From contig JBJKZP010000002.1 of the NCBI GenBank assembly GCA_045560235.1, positions 18,332 to 82,331 on the forward strand: 64,000 bases of DNA, given 5' to 3'. The stretch's first letter is position 1; each line of letters starts with the position of its first letter. Both the position numbers and the translations under genes were made by a program. Positions 19,010 through 28,950 of this stretch are shown piece after piece. The notes below the pieces were generated by a model, which was given only the letters and a program-made list of their open reading frames with translations, made no database searches and had not been told where the DNA came from. Origin of the DNA: Fidelibacterota bacterium (GTDB lineage: Bacteria > Fidelibacterota > Marinisomatia > Marinisomatales > Marinisomataceae).

Positions 19010-21382
19010 TTATTCACATTTAGACCAACCGCAATCTTTACAAACCAAACATCCGCCTTCATTAACTATTCCTCTACCATCGCATTCGCTACAGTCTTGA
19101 CCGTATTCTTTTGCAGTAGCAGTGTCATCATCAGCTAATTCAAATTGTGTTTTGCTATCTTGTGGAAGTGTATCTCCATTAACGAAAGATTCTAGAGCTC
19201 TACCGATAGCGTCAGGTGTCGATAAAATTAACTGACCATCTTCCCATGTAGGGTTTGGTCCACTAATACCTTTAAGTTGATTAATAATGCTATTTGGATC
19301 TACTCCTGAACGAAGAGATAGAGAGATTAGTCTACTAATTGCTTCGGTTTGCGCAGCAACAGTTCCACCGGCTTTACCAATGGCTGTAAATACCTCACAA
19401 AGCCCATTTTCATCCTCATTAACGGTAACGTATAAAGTCCCATCGCCAGTTCTCATACGTCTTGTTCTTCCTTCTGTAATAGACGGACGATTTCGTGCCG
19501 TTTTCTTTTCAGATGTGCTAGCATTGGTTGATATATTTTCAGAAGATTTTTCATCAGTAATAAGAATTCCTTCTCGAGAACCTTCTCTGTATACAGTGAT
19601 TCCTTTTAGATCAGCTTTATAGGCTGTCATATAAATATCAGCCACTGTATCAACTGTAGTTTCTTCAGCTAAATTAACTGTTGAAGAAATTGAGCTATCA
19701 ATATATTTCTGAACAATTCCTTGCATTTTTACCCTGAAAAATGGATCAACGTTATGAGCTGTGACTACATAGTCTGGTAAGCTTTCATCTGTACCAAACA
19801 TTTCCTTTACAACTGGATGATAGACTTTAAAAGTATCAAATTCTTTACCTAAACTATCGTTCTTTTTAACCTTGCGCTTGTAAGAAGTCGCAAAAATTGG
19901 TTCGACCCCTGAAGTAACTCGAGCAACAATAGCTCCACTTCCAGTAGGAGCAACTGTTGTAAGAGTAGAATTTCTTACTCCATGGTTCTTAATTTTAGTT
20001 TGAAGATCTTCTGGTAAATCTTGTACAAAAAGGCTTTTTGAATAACCGTCCCAATCAAAATTAGGGAACTGTCCTTTTTCTTTTGCTAGATCTGCACTAG
20101 TTTCATATGCAGTATCTCTATGAATTTCCATTACTTTGGAAATAGTATCTAGAGCCTCATCTGAATCATATTTGATACCCATTTTGACAAGCATATCTCC
20201 AAGACCAAGAATTCCAAGACCTACACGACGATCATTGATAGCATTTTGTTTTTGTTCTTCAAGAGCATGGCGGTCAAGATTATAATCTATAACATTATCT
20301 AAAAATCTTGCACCAATAGCTGTTGTTTCTTTGAAACCATCAAAATCAAAATTACCATTCTCATCAACAAACCTTTCTAAGTTTAGTGCTCCAAGATTAC
20401 AACATCCGCCATCTGGTAGAGGTTGTTCCGCACAAGGATTTGTTGATACTAACGGACTACAATATTCAGCATTATGATATTTGGTCATTGTATCCCAGAA
20501 AAGTAGTCCTGGCTCTGCACTTGCATGAGCATGTTTAATAATTTTCATCCAAAGGTCTTTTGCTTTAACAGTAGTATATACTTTACCGCCCCATTGCAGA
20601 TCAAAATCAGTTTCTTTTTGGACTGAATCCATAAATTCATCTGTTAACAATACTGATATATTTGAATATTTAACCATATCTACATCACCAGTTTTTATTT
20701 CGATAAATTTTTCAATATCCGGATGATCAACCCTTAAGGTTTGCATATTAGCACCCCTTCTTCCATGCTGAGCAATTGTATTTGTATTCTCACTAAATAA
20801 ATTCATAAAACCAACAGGACCGCAAGAATTTCCTCCTGTACCCTGGATTTCATCGCCTCCAGGTCTTAAAACAGATAAATCGTGTCCACAGCCTCCACCG
20901 TATTTGTAGGTCATTGCTTCTTGGATTACACAGTCATATATAGATTTGATGGAGTCATCTTTTATGCCAACTACGTAGCAATTATTTAACGTTGTTGTAA
21001 TATCTTCACGACCTGCTCCATGCATAATTCTTCCACCAGGAACAAATTTGAAATTTTTAAGCGCCTGAAAGAAAGCTGCTTCCCATTTCTCTTGCAATTC
21101 AGGAGTTTTTTCAACGCTTGCCAATGCTTTGGCTTGTCGTTTCCATAAATTCCATGGGTGTTTCTCTCCTGGAGCAAGGTATTTCATTTCAAGAACGCTT
21201 CGACCTAATTCGTCTTCTTTATAATAATTTTCTACTTTGTATTCTTCTGGACAACTTTCAACATCGCTACTATCCATATTTTCTTTGACATTAAAGCCTA
21301 GGATTTGATTCTTTAATTCTGAATCAATTTTTGGATTTTTTTCGTTTTCTGTTGGAAAGTTTATTTCTATTGCTTCCGCCAT
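19010..21382 (-). CDS. nrdJ: Class II (adenosylcobalamin-dependent) ribonucleotide reductase
   Basis: 790 aa. Active-site region NPCAEQPLPDGGCCNLGALNL. C-terminal Cys-rich tail CSECDGRGIVNEGGCLVCKDCGWSKCE. No ATP-cone recognised. Confidence 0.9.
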   Translation of the reverse strand: MAEAIEINFPTENEKNPKIDSELKNQILGFNVKENMDSSDVESCPEEYKVENYYKEDELGRSVLEMKYLAPGEKHPWNLWKRQAKALASVEKTPELQEKWEAAFFQALKNFKFVPGGRIMHGAGREDITTTLNNCYVVGIKDDSIKSIYDCVIQEAMTYKYGGGCGHDLSVLRPGGDEIQGTGGNSCGPVGFMNLFSENTNTIAQHGRRGANMQTLRVDHPDIEKFIEIKTGDVDMVKYSNISVLLTDEFMDSVQKETDFDLQWGGKVYTTVKAKDLWMKIIKHAHASAEPGLLFWDTMTKYHNAEYCSPLVSTNPCAEQPLPDGGCCNLGALNLERFVDENGNFDFDGFKETTAIGARFLDNVIDYNLDRHALEEQKQNAINDRRVGLGILGLGDMLVKMGIKYDSDEALDTISKVMEIHRDTAYETSADLAKEKGQFPNFDWDGYSKSLFVQDLPEDLQTKIKNHGVRNSTLTTVAPTGSGAIVARVTSGVEPIFATSYKRKVKKNDSLGKEFDTFKVYHPVVKEMFGTDESLPDYVVTAHNVDPFFRVKMQGIVQKYIDSSISSTVNLAEETTVDTVADIYMTAYKADLKGITVYREGSREGILITDEKSSENISTNASTSEKKTARNRPSITEGRTRRMRTGDGTLYVTVNEDENGLCEVFTAIGKAGGTVAAQTEAISRLISLSLRSGVDPNSIINQLKGISGPNPTWEDGQLILSTPDAIGRALESFVNGDTLPQDSKTQFELADDDTATAKEYGQDCSECDGRGIVNEGGCLVCKDCGWSKCE

Positions 21383-21664
21383 AATTCTATAATTCTAACC
21401 CTCGGTTTGTGTTAATATTTATTTTGTCCGCAGACAAATCTCTAAATGAGATTATTAATTTTTTGCAAATACTAAGCTTTCGAAAAGCTTGTTTGGCTGG
21501 CATTCCAACTTATCTATTTTTATATATTTTAGTCAAGATTAAAAATGCAAATATCTATTATTTTTTTCAAAAAAAAGATAAAAGGAATTTTTGATATGAA
21601 AAATTAAGCTATAGTCACATTATTTTGCCTACTTGTTTTGCATATATTTCTTTGTTAATATTTG

Positions 21665-24600
21665 ATGCAATTAACGCATATGACAGACATACATTTAAAC
21701 GATAAATTCTCGCTTGAAGATAAATATACTCTTTTAGAAGGCAGGATAGTTTTGTCCGGAATCCAAGCTCTTGTAAGACTTCTGCTTGATCAAAATAGAG
21801 CTGATTTAATTAAAGGATTAAATACTGGAACTCTTGTATCGGGTTATAGGGGATCTCCTGTAGGTGTTTTAGATATCAATCTTGTTAGAAATAAAAAATT
21901 ACTAGATCAGCATAATATTAACTTTATTCCAGGTGTCAACGAGGATCTTGGAGCAACGCTTATATATGGTAGCCAAATGGCAGGAATGGTATCTAATGTC
22001 AAGTATGATGGAGTGCTTGGTATGTGGTATGGAAAAGCTCCTGGAGTGGATCGTTCAGGGGATATTTTTAGACATGCAAATTTTTTGGGCGTTGGTAAAA
22101 ATGGAGGTGTGCTAGCAGTAGCTGGCGATGACCCTTCTTGCAAATCTTCTACCTTACCATCTCAATCTGAGCCAGCATTGTTTGATGCAATGATGCCAAT
22201 TTTTTATCCAGGTAATATTCAGGAGGTGCTAGACTTAGGTAGGTATGCATATGAAATGTCAAGGTATTCAGGCCTATGGTCTGGTTTCAAAATTGTAACT
22301 GATATAGCAGATGCTTTTAGTAGCGTTATCGTTCACCCAGAAAGAATCAATATTAATATTCCAGACTTTCAATACAATGGACAGCCATGGAAGCATACAC
22401 AAAACGCTAAACTTGTTGGGCATCATAGTTTACCAACTGAAAAAGAAATCCACTTGGGTAGAATTGAAGCAGCAAAGCACTTTCTGGCATCTAATGAAAT
22501 AAATAAAATTACATTTAGTTCTGATAAGGATTCTATAGGTATTATTACAGCTGGTAAAACATATTATGATGTACTAGAAGCTTTTGAATCTCTAGGATGG
22601 GATAAAGAATTCCTTAATAATAAGGGTATTAGAGTTCTAAAGCTGGGTGCAACTTTTCCTGTAGATAGTAACATTGTTAAGCGCTTTTCTGAAAATTTAG
22701 ATGAGATCTTTATTATAGAAGAAAAAAGATCTTTTATTGAAATGTTAATCAAGGAAGAAATTTATAATTATAATAATAAACCTATTATTGTTGGTAAAAA
22801 TGATGAAAACAATAAGCCTTTAATTCCGGGGTACGGAGAATTAACTGCCGATGATTTATCAAAGATTTTATTTAAAAGATATTCTTCAAGACTTGGTGTT
22901 GACTCAGATAATAAAAAAATTAATATAATTACAGAAGTTGATAAAAGGATTTATGGTCAATCCTTGAGCTCAAGGTCTATGTATTTTTGCTCAGGATGTC
23001 CTCATAATACATCAACGGTTAAACTTCCAGAAGGCGATTCAGCTTTTGGCGGTATTGGGTGTCACTTAATGGCGATGTTTGTTGATGATGGTAAAGCTTT
23101 TGGTACTACTCATATGGGTGGAGAGGGTGCTCAATGGGCTGGAATGGAGCCATTTGTTGAAAAAGAGCATATGTTCCAAAATATAGGAGATGGAACTTTT
23201 TTTCATTCAGGTTCTTTGGCTTTAAGACAAGCCGTAGCAGCTAAATCTCATATAACATACAAGATTTTATATAACAGAGCAGTCGCAATGACTGGAGCGC
23301 AAGATCCAGATGGAGGATTAGATTTACCTGAGCTAACTAAATATTTAAAATCTCAAGGCGTTGAAAAGGTTATTATAACTACAGATGATACATCTGCATA
23401 TGATACCATTGAAAAATCACGATGGGATAAAGATATTGAGATCATGCATAGAGATGATATTGTAGATGCTCAAAAGAAATTAAAAGCTACAAAAGGCGTT
23501 ACTGTATTGGTTCACGATCAGTCATGTGCAGCAAATCTGAGAAGACTAAGAAAACGTGGTTTAGCGCATGAGCCAAAGAAAAGAATTTTTATTAACGAGG
23601 CAGTTTGTGAAGGGTGCGGTGATTGTGGAGTTAAATCCAACTGTTTAAGCGTTCAGCCAATTAAAACAGAGTATGGAAGAAAAACTCAAATTGACCAACC
23701 TTCATGTAATAAGGACTATTCATGTGTTGAAGGTAATTGTCCTTCCTTTATTCAAGTCATTCCTTCTGAAAAAAATGATAAAAGAATATTGCCTGAGATA
23801 AATTTTGATCCATCAATTATCCCAAATCCTAAAAAGATTCAAAAGGATGTAGCAAACATTTTTATGCTTGGAATTGGAGGAACTGGTGTAGTTACTGTTA
23901 ATCAAATTATTTCAACAGCTGCATTTATTGAAAATAAAAAGGTGATTGCTTTGGACCAAACAGGTTTGAGTCAAAAAGGCGGATCTGTTGTTTCTCATTT
24001 AAAAATTGTAGACAATAATAAAGAGTATTCAAGTAGGGTTGCTAATGGAGAATCAGATGCTTACTTAGTATTTGATTTATTAACCGGAGCGAATCCTAAA
24101 AACATGGCTAAGCTTAGCACAAAAAATTCTACTTCTATTATTTCAACATCGGAAATACCTACAGGAGATATGGTTAGATCTACTGCTGAAGAGTATCCTG
24201 AAGCATCTTTTATGATAGATCTCATCAAAGAGTATTCTAAAGATAGTGAGCTATTAAATGCTACTGAACTTTCAGAGCATTTTTTTGGAAGTAATATGCA
24301 AGCTAATTTTATTGTTATTGGAGCCGCTTACCAAGCAGGAAGTATTCCTTTATCTAATGAGTCGATCGAAAAAGCTATCAAAATCAATGGAGTTGCTGTT
24401 AAGCAGAATACTGAAGCATTTAATATTGGTAGAAAAATAGTATCCGATCCTCATTGGATAGATACTATTGATTTATATCGTTCTGGAAGTTTGACATCAG
24501 AACCAAATTTATCTTCAGAGGCTATCAAATTAATAGATTCAATATCTCCTGATGAAGAATTGAGAAATATTCTAGAATTTCGAACTCAAGAACTTATTGA

Positions 24601-25201
24601 TTATCAAAATCTAGCTTTTGCAAAAGAATATATTGGTTTTGTTAATACAATATACATCAAAGAAAAAGACTTAAGATCAAGCTCTGAATTATCTCAAAAT
24701 GTTGCTAGATATTTATTCAAACTAATGGCAACAAAAGATGAATATGAAGTAGCTAGACTTTCTTTAAAAGCAGAACTTGATTCAGCAATTAGTCAGGAGT
24801 TTGGTAAGTCTGCAAAAGTAAGCTATATGTTGCATCCGCCATTTTTAAAGGCAATGCAAAATATCCCAATTTTAAATCTTTTACCTGGAGTAAAGTCTAA
24901 ACTTGCTTTGGGCTCTTGGTTTAAGATTTTCTACGTAATATTGAAGAATATGAAATTCCTAAGAGGAACAGCTTTTGATTTTATGGCATGGTTTAGCAAC
25001 GATGTTAGAAAAGCAGATCAAAAAGCTTTAAATCATTATAAGACTACAATTACAGAAAATATTGATAAAATTGGAAATGGAGAATACCAATCGTTAAAAG
25101 ATTTTTCAACTTTACCTGATATTATCAGAGGATATGAGGAAGTCAGACTTGAAACAATGGAAGAATATTATCAAAAATCTGATAATATTTTTAACTCATA
25201 G
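21665..25201 (+). CDS. Fused indolepyruvate:ferredoxin oxidoreductase family protein (IorA-IorB fusion)
   Basis: About 1178 aa. N-terminal LEGRIVLSGIQALVRLLLDQ, a TPP-binding region, the 4Fe-4S motif CEGCGDCGVKSNC, and a C-terminal gamma-like domain GIGGTGVVT. The ATG at 21665 follows the tracker's TTG. Confidence 0.85.
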   Translation: MQLTHMTDIHLNDKFSLEDKYTLLEGRIVLSGIQALVRLLLDQNRADLIKGLNTGTLVSGYRGSPVGVLDINLVRNKKLLDQHNINFIPGVNEDLGATLIYGSQMAGMVSNVKYDGVLGMWYGKAPGVDRSGDIFRHANFLGVGKNGGVLAVAGDDPSCKSSTLPSQSEPALFDAMMPIFYPGNIQEVLDLGRYAYEMSRYSGLWSGFKIVTDIADAFSSVIVHPERININIPDFQYNGQPWKHTQNAKLVGHHSLPTEKEIHLGRIEAAKHFLASNEINKITFSSDKDSIGIITAGKTYYDVLEAFESLGWDKEFLNNKGIRVLKLGATFPVDSNIVKRFSENLDEIFIIEEKRSFIEMLIKEEIYNYNNKPIIVGKNDENNKPLIPGYGELTADDLSKILFKRYSSRLGVDSDNKKINIITEVDKRIYGQSLSSRSMYFCSGCPHNTSTVKLPEGDSAFGGIGCHLMAMFVDDGKAFGTTHMGGEGAQWAGMEPFVEKEHMFQNIGDGTFFHSGSLALRQAVAAKSHITYKILYNRAVAMTGAQDPDGGLDLPELTKYLKSQGVEKVIITTDDTSAYDTIEKSRWDKDIEIMHRDDIVDAQKKLKATKGVTVLVHDQSCAANLRRLRKRGLAHEPKKRIFINEAVCEGCGDCGVKSNCLSVQPIKTEYGRKTQIDQPSCNKDYSCVEGNCPSFIQVIPSEKNDKRILPEINFDPSIIPNPKKIQKDVANIFMLGIGGTGVVTVNQIISTAAFIENKKVIALDQTGLSQKGGSVVSHLKIVDNNKEYSSRVANGESDAYLVFDLLTGANPKNMAKLSTKNSTSIISTSEIPTGDMVRSTAEEYPEASFMIDLIKEYSKDSELLNATELSEHFFGSNMQANFIVIGAAYQAGSIPLSNESIEKAIKINGVAVKQNTEAFNIGRKIVSDPHWIDTIDLYRSGSLTSEPNLSSEAIKLIDSISPDEELRNILEFRTQELIDYQNLAFAKEYIGFVNTIYIKEKDLRSSSELSQNVARYLFKLMATKDEYEVARLSLKAELDSAISQEFGKSAKVSYMLHPPFLKAMQNIPILNLLPGVKSKLALGSWFKIFYVILKNMKFLRGTAFDFMAWFSNDVRKADQKALNHYKTTITENIDKIGNGEYQSLKDFSTLPDIIRGYEEVRLETMEEYYQKSDNIFNS

Positions 25202-25271
25202 AAATCTATTTTTATTTCTAGTAATACCGATTATATTTGTAAAACCAAAAATTTTTAAGATAGGAACATAT

Positions 25272-27896
25272 ATGTATAAAAAATTATTAGTATTTATAGC
25301 ACTTTTTAGCTTATCATTTTCACAACATGTTCATGACGATTATAGAGATTGGATAAGGTGTGCTGCTGATGAGCTCGAACAGGAATTACAACTTTTACAT
25401 CCTGAATTTATAGCTGAAAGAGATGCTCAAATTCTTAAAGGAAAAAATTTATTACAACAAAATCCTCAATGGAGAGCAGATTTAAATTCTCAAAATACAA
25501 TTTATGTTCCTGTAATTTTTCATGTTTTATACGCAAATGCTGGAGATAATGTATCTGCTGTTCAAATTGGAGCTAATTTTGACCAAATTAATTTAGATTT
25601 TCAAAACTTAAATCCTGATGGAGATGAAATTCCATCATCACCAAATCCTAGCAATGCACCATATGATCCAGGTGTTGATTATAGTCATCAAGCTGTTAGA
25701 GGTACTCATAATATTGTATTTGTTGGTGCGCAAGGAGAAACTACAGGAGATCAGCTCATTGAAGGAATTACTATAAGAAGATATAGTATTAGTCAGTCTA
25801 CTGTTAGCGGAGTTGGTGAAGCTAGTACTTTAGCCAGCTCTACTGCAACTGATAGCGGTGTAGCAAGCGGTTACCAAGATGGATATTTAAATATTTATAT
25901 AGCTCCATTAACTGGAGGGTTGTTAGGACAGGCTTATTTAGGATTTCCTGAATCAGTTGTTTTAGATGAATCTGTCGGTTCAGTTGAAAGCCCTGGAACG
26001 GCAGGGGGCTATAATAGAGGTCGAACTTTAACCCATGAATTAGGTCATAACTTTACCTATAACCACGTTTTTAATTCCAGTAATTGTGGTAATCAATTAT
26101 GGAGCGATGTTCCAGCACAATATGTAAATAACAGAGGTGCAAATATTTATGAATGGCCAGCTGGAAGTGGAAATTTTTATGGAAGAGATGGTGAAAATAG
26201 CTGTATCTCAACATCTGGTAAAGGTGATCAGTTTATGAATTATATGGACTATGTTTATGATGATCAAATGAGAATGTTTTCTGAAGAACAGGCTCTTGAT
26301 GGCTATGCATGGGCAGCAGGTAGAAGTTGGGCCCAGGTGGTTAATGGAGTTTCAACTCAAATCGATTCAGATGTAACACAAGCTACTTCACAGTCAGAAT
26401 TTACAATTAATGTTACTTTTGAAGAGCAGGTTACCGGTTTTACACAAGATGATATTGTTTTAGAAAATGCTACTATTTCAAACTTTAATGGTGGAGATGG
26501 TACAACATATAGTTTTGATATTCAAGCAGTTCAAGATGGAGAAGTGAGAGTATCAATAGCTCCAAATAGTTGCACCGGAGTTGCATCAGGCGAATATAAT
26601 CTACCATCCAATGAATATGTGGTCATTGTTGATACTCAAGCTCCTACTGCAGGAACTTTAACAATTGGCAACATTCAAGATACGCAGTATATTATTCCAG
26701 ATCTTCCAGCTACAACAGGAGGCAATATTTGTACTCAAGGTACAAATTGTCTAAATCTCGTATTACAAGATTTTTCTGACGAGTTAACAGGTGTGCAAAC
26801 TTACTATGTTTCTGTTGGTCTATCTCCAGGAGGGCAAGAAATTGTTCCTTTGCAGGCTGAGGAAAGTGCATATTTCCAATTAGATAACTTAAGTAGTTTA
26901 GCTAATTATCAGCAGTACTTTGTTACTGTTTATGCTCAGGATTTAGTTGGACTCAATTCAGCGTCTGTGAGTAAAGGCTTCTTTTATTTTGGAAACTTAT
27001 TAGGAGATTTCAACGACGATTGGAAGGTTGATTTTGAAGATTATATTCATTTAATTAAAAATTATCCTTCACCTGAAGTTGATATTGCTCCAACTACCGG
27101 TAGTAAACCATATCTATTTCCAAACTTTGATGGCATTACGGATCAGCAAGATTTAGCAAAGTTTGAAGAAATGTGGAATTGGTCTATTGATCAGTTGAAA
27201 TATCTTGAAAATGGTGAACCAGACCCTTTCTATGATGGTCTTCCTGTTTATACACAAATTGGAACTACTCCAAACTCATTTTTAAAGATTCTTAATGGTC
27301 AGTTGACAGTTAAGTTTCCATTAGAGGTTTCAACTACTCAATTTTATTTTGAGTATGATCCTGAAAAATATAACGTGAATTATCTCACTAGTAATCTTAC
27401 TGATGACATAGTATTAAGTGCCAATGATAAAGAATTAGGAATAGTTCAATTAGAAGTTGCTAATACTTCAATGGCAAGAACAACTCCAATTCAGCTTTCA
27501 TTTGATTTTGAAAATTTAAGTGGAAGTTATGAATATATGAGAATGACATATGCTGGTTATAATAAAAATGGAGAAGCACTGCTTACTGGTTACAAAGATG
27601 AGCTTACTGCTCCAAAAAATTATCGTTTAGCACAAAGCTATCCAAATCCATTTAGTTCAGGAGGAACTACTATTGAATTTGATTTACCATCTATAACTAC
27701 TATGAGCATGGTGATTATAGATATTAGAGGAAGAGTAGTAAGAAATTTAATTCAGAATGAAGTACGTTTTGGATTTCAATCTGTGGTGTGGGATGCGAAA
27801 AATGACGACGGTGAACAAGTTAGTAGCGGCGTTTACTTTTATCAGATTCGATCTGGCAATTTTAATGAAGCTGGTAAACTTGTATTTGTAAAGTAA
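25272..27896 (+). CDS. Secreted multidomain zinc metalloprotease (M43/pappalysin-like) with Ig-like and dockerin-like repeats and a T9SS-type C-terminal sorting domain
   Basis: Signal peptide MYKKLLVFIALFSLSFSQ at the ATG at 25272. Zinc motif HELGHNFTYNH. Dockerin-like GDFNDDWKVDFEDYIHLIKNY. C-terminal YPNPFSSGGTTIEFDL...GVYFYQIR resembles the Por_Secre_tail / FlgD-Ig domain. Confidence 0.75.
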   Translation: MYKKLLVFIALFSLSFSQHVHDDYRDWIRCAADELEQELQLLHPEFIAERDAQILKGKNLLQQNPQWRADLNSQNTIYVPVIFHVLYANAGDNVSAVQIGANFDQINLDFQNLNPDGDEIPSSPNPSNAPYDPGVDYSHQAVRGTHNIVFVGAQGETTGDQLIEGITIRRYSISQSTVSGVGEASTLASSTATDSGVASGYQDGYLNIYIAPLTGGLLGQAYLGFPESVVLDESVGSVESPGTAGGYNRGRTLTHELGHNFTYNHVFNSSNCGNQLWSDVPAQYVNNRGANIYEWPAGSGNFYGRDGENSCISTSGKGDQFMNYMDYVYDDQMRMFSEEQALDGYAWAAGRSWAQVVNGVSTQIDSDVTQATSQSEFTINVTFEEQVTGFTQDDIVLENATISNFNGGDGTTYSFDIQAVQDGEVRVSIAPNSCTGVASGEYNLPSNEYVVIVDTQAPTAGTLTIGNIQDTQYIIPDLPATTGGNICTQGTNCLNLVLQDFSDELTGVQTYYVSVGLSPGGQEIVPLQAEESAYFQLDNLSSLANYQQYFVTVYAQDLVGLNSASVSKGFFYFGNLLGDFNDDWKVDFEDYIHLIKNYPSPEVDIAPTTGSKPYLFPNFDGITDQQDLAKFEEMWNWSIDQLKYLENGEPDPFYDGLPVYTQIGTTPNSFLKILNGQLTVKFPLEVSTTQFYFEYDPEKYNVNYLTSNLTDDIVLSANDKELGIVQLEVANTSMARTTPIQLSFDFENLSGSYEYMRMTYAGYNKNGEALLTGYKDELTAPKNYRLAQSYPNPFSSGGTTIEFDLPSITTMSMVIIDIRGRVVRNLIQNEVRFGFQSVVWDAKNDDGEQVSSGVYFYQIRSGNFNEAGKLVFVK

Positions 27897-27907
27897 GTTA
27901 ATTTAAA

Positions 27908-28873
27908 ATGCTAACTAAAAGACCTACACTATCTGATATCAAAAGTGCGCAAAAACGTACAAATTTGATTGTCCGAAAAACGCCTATTCTAACATCAGAA
28001 TATTTCAATCAACTGCTAGGAATGGAACTATTCTTTAAGTGTGAAAATTTTCAAAAAACTGGATCTTTTAAAATTAGAGGTGCAACTAATGCTGTCTTTT
28101 CTTTAACAGAATCAGAAAAAGCTCAAGGCGTTGCATGTCAATCGTCGGGTAATCATGGCGGTGCAATTGCATGCGCAGCTCATTTAAAAGGTGTTCATGC
28201 TGATATTGTTATGGCTAAAAGTGTTTCTAAAGCTAAAATTCATAATGTTAAGACTTATAAAGGAAATATGATTTTTTGCGATACTATGGCAGAAAGAGAT
28301 AAATTATTTTTAAAAATAGTAGAAGAAAAAAATAGAATATCTATTCATCCATATGATAATTTTGATGTTATGGCTGGTCAAGGTACTATAGCACTAGAAA
28401 TAGTTGATCAAGTACCTGAATTTGATTCAATTCTAGTCCCAATTGGAGGCGGAGGATTAATTAGTGGAATATCTATTGCATTAAAAGGAATTAATTCATC
28501 AGCTAAAATTATAGGATGCGAACCAGAGAGTGTTGATGATACATATCAGATGTATAAAGCTGATAAACGCATTCAAATGAAACATAGAGAATCAATTGCT
28601 GATGGATTAATGGCTATTGTAGGGCAGCTTACGCTACCGATAATTCAAGAGAATGTAGATGATATTATTTTAGCTACTGAGAAAGAAATTATTGATACTA
28701 CGCGTCTAGTTTGGGAAAGAATGAAAATTATTATTGAGCCATCTTGCGCTCTAACGCTTGCTGCATTAATTAAAAATAAAGAAAAGTTTAGTGGACAAAA
28801 AATTGTACTGGTTATAACTGGCGGCAATGTTGATCTTGTTTCTTTACCTTGGTTAAAAGTTGGTAAAGATTAA
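27908..28873 (+). CDS. PLP-dependent serine/threonine dehydratase family protein (no ACT domain)
   Basis: PLP-lysine motif ENFQKTGSFKIRGA and glycine loop GGGGLISG. 321 aa. Confidence 0.8.
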   Translation: MLTKRPTLSDIKSAQKRTNLIVRKTPILTSEYFNQLLGMELFFKCENFQKTGSFKIRGATNAVFSLTESEKAQGVACQSSGNHGGAIACAAHLKGVHADIVMAKSVSKAKIHNVKTYKGNMIFCDTMAERDKLFLKIVEEKNRISIHPYDNFDVMAGQGTIALEIVDQVPEFDSILVPIGGGGLISGISIALKGINSSAKIIGCEPESVDDTYQMYKADKRIQMKHRESIADGLMAIVGQLTLPIIQENVDDIILATEKEIIDTTRLVWERMKIIIEPSCALTLAALIKNKEKFSGQKIVLVITGGNVDLVSLPWLKVGKD

Positions 28874-28896
28874 ACTGATTTAAATAAGAATGGATA

Positions 28897-28929
28897 ATAA
28901 AAAAGCCCTCAATTTTGAGGGCTTTTTTA
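28897..28929. terminator. Bidirectional rho-independent terminator
   Basis: AAAAAGCCCTC-aatttt-GAGGGCTTTTTT lies between convergent genes. The GC-rich stem is flanked by A and T tracts. Confidence 0.75.
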
Positions 28930-28950
28930 TTAATCATGAAACTATGTTTC

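Noticed and set aside
21409-21594. A 61-codon GTG-initiated ORF in the nrdJ/IOR intergenic region, considered as a real gene.
   Set aside because: It has no SD and starts only 27 nt from the divergent nrdJ start. Its composition is that of AT-rich spacer, and I recognise no family. It is kept only as a note inside the intergenic-region finding.
21383-21661. A cobalamin riboswitch or NrdR box controlling nrdJ.
   Set aside because: I could not find the B12-box core (GCCACTG-like) or the multi-helix GC-rich architecture. I also found no ACAC-N8-GTGT NrdR-type palindromes. Only short AT-rich hairpins are present. An Infernal scan would be decisive.
25232-25239. TATATTTG as a Bacteroidetes-type -7 promoter element (TAnnTTTG) upstream of the protease gene.
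   Set aside because: It matches the consensus, but I could not find a properly spaced -33 TTTG. Similar motifs were not evident upstream of other genes in the window, so support is too weak to call.
25134-25271. The upstream extension of the 920-aa ORF, overlapping the end of the IOR gene.
   Set aside because: A textbook signal peptide (MYKKLLVFIALFSLSFSQ) starts at the ATG at 25272. The extension overlaps the IOR coding region and spacer and has no homologous content.
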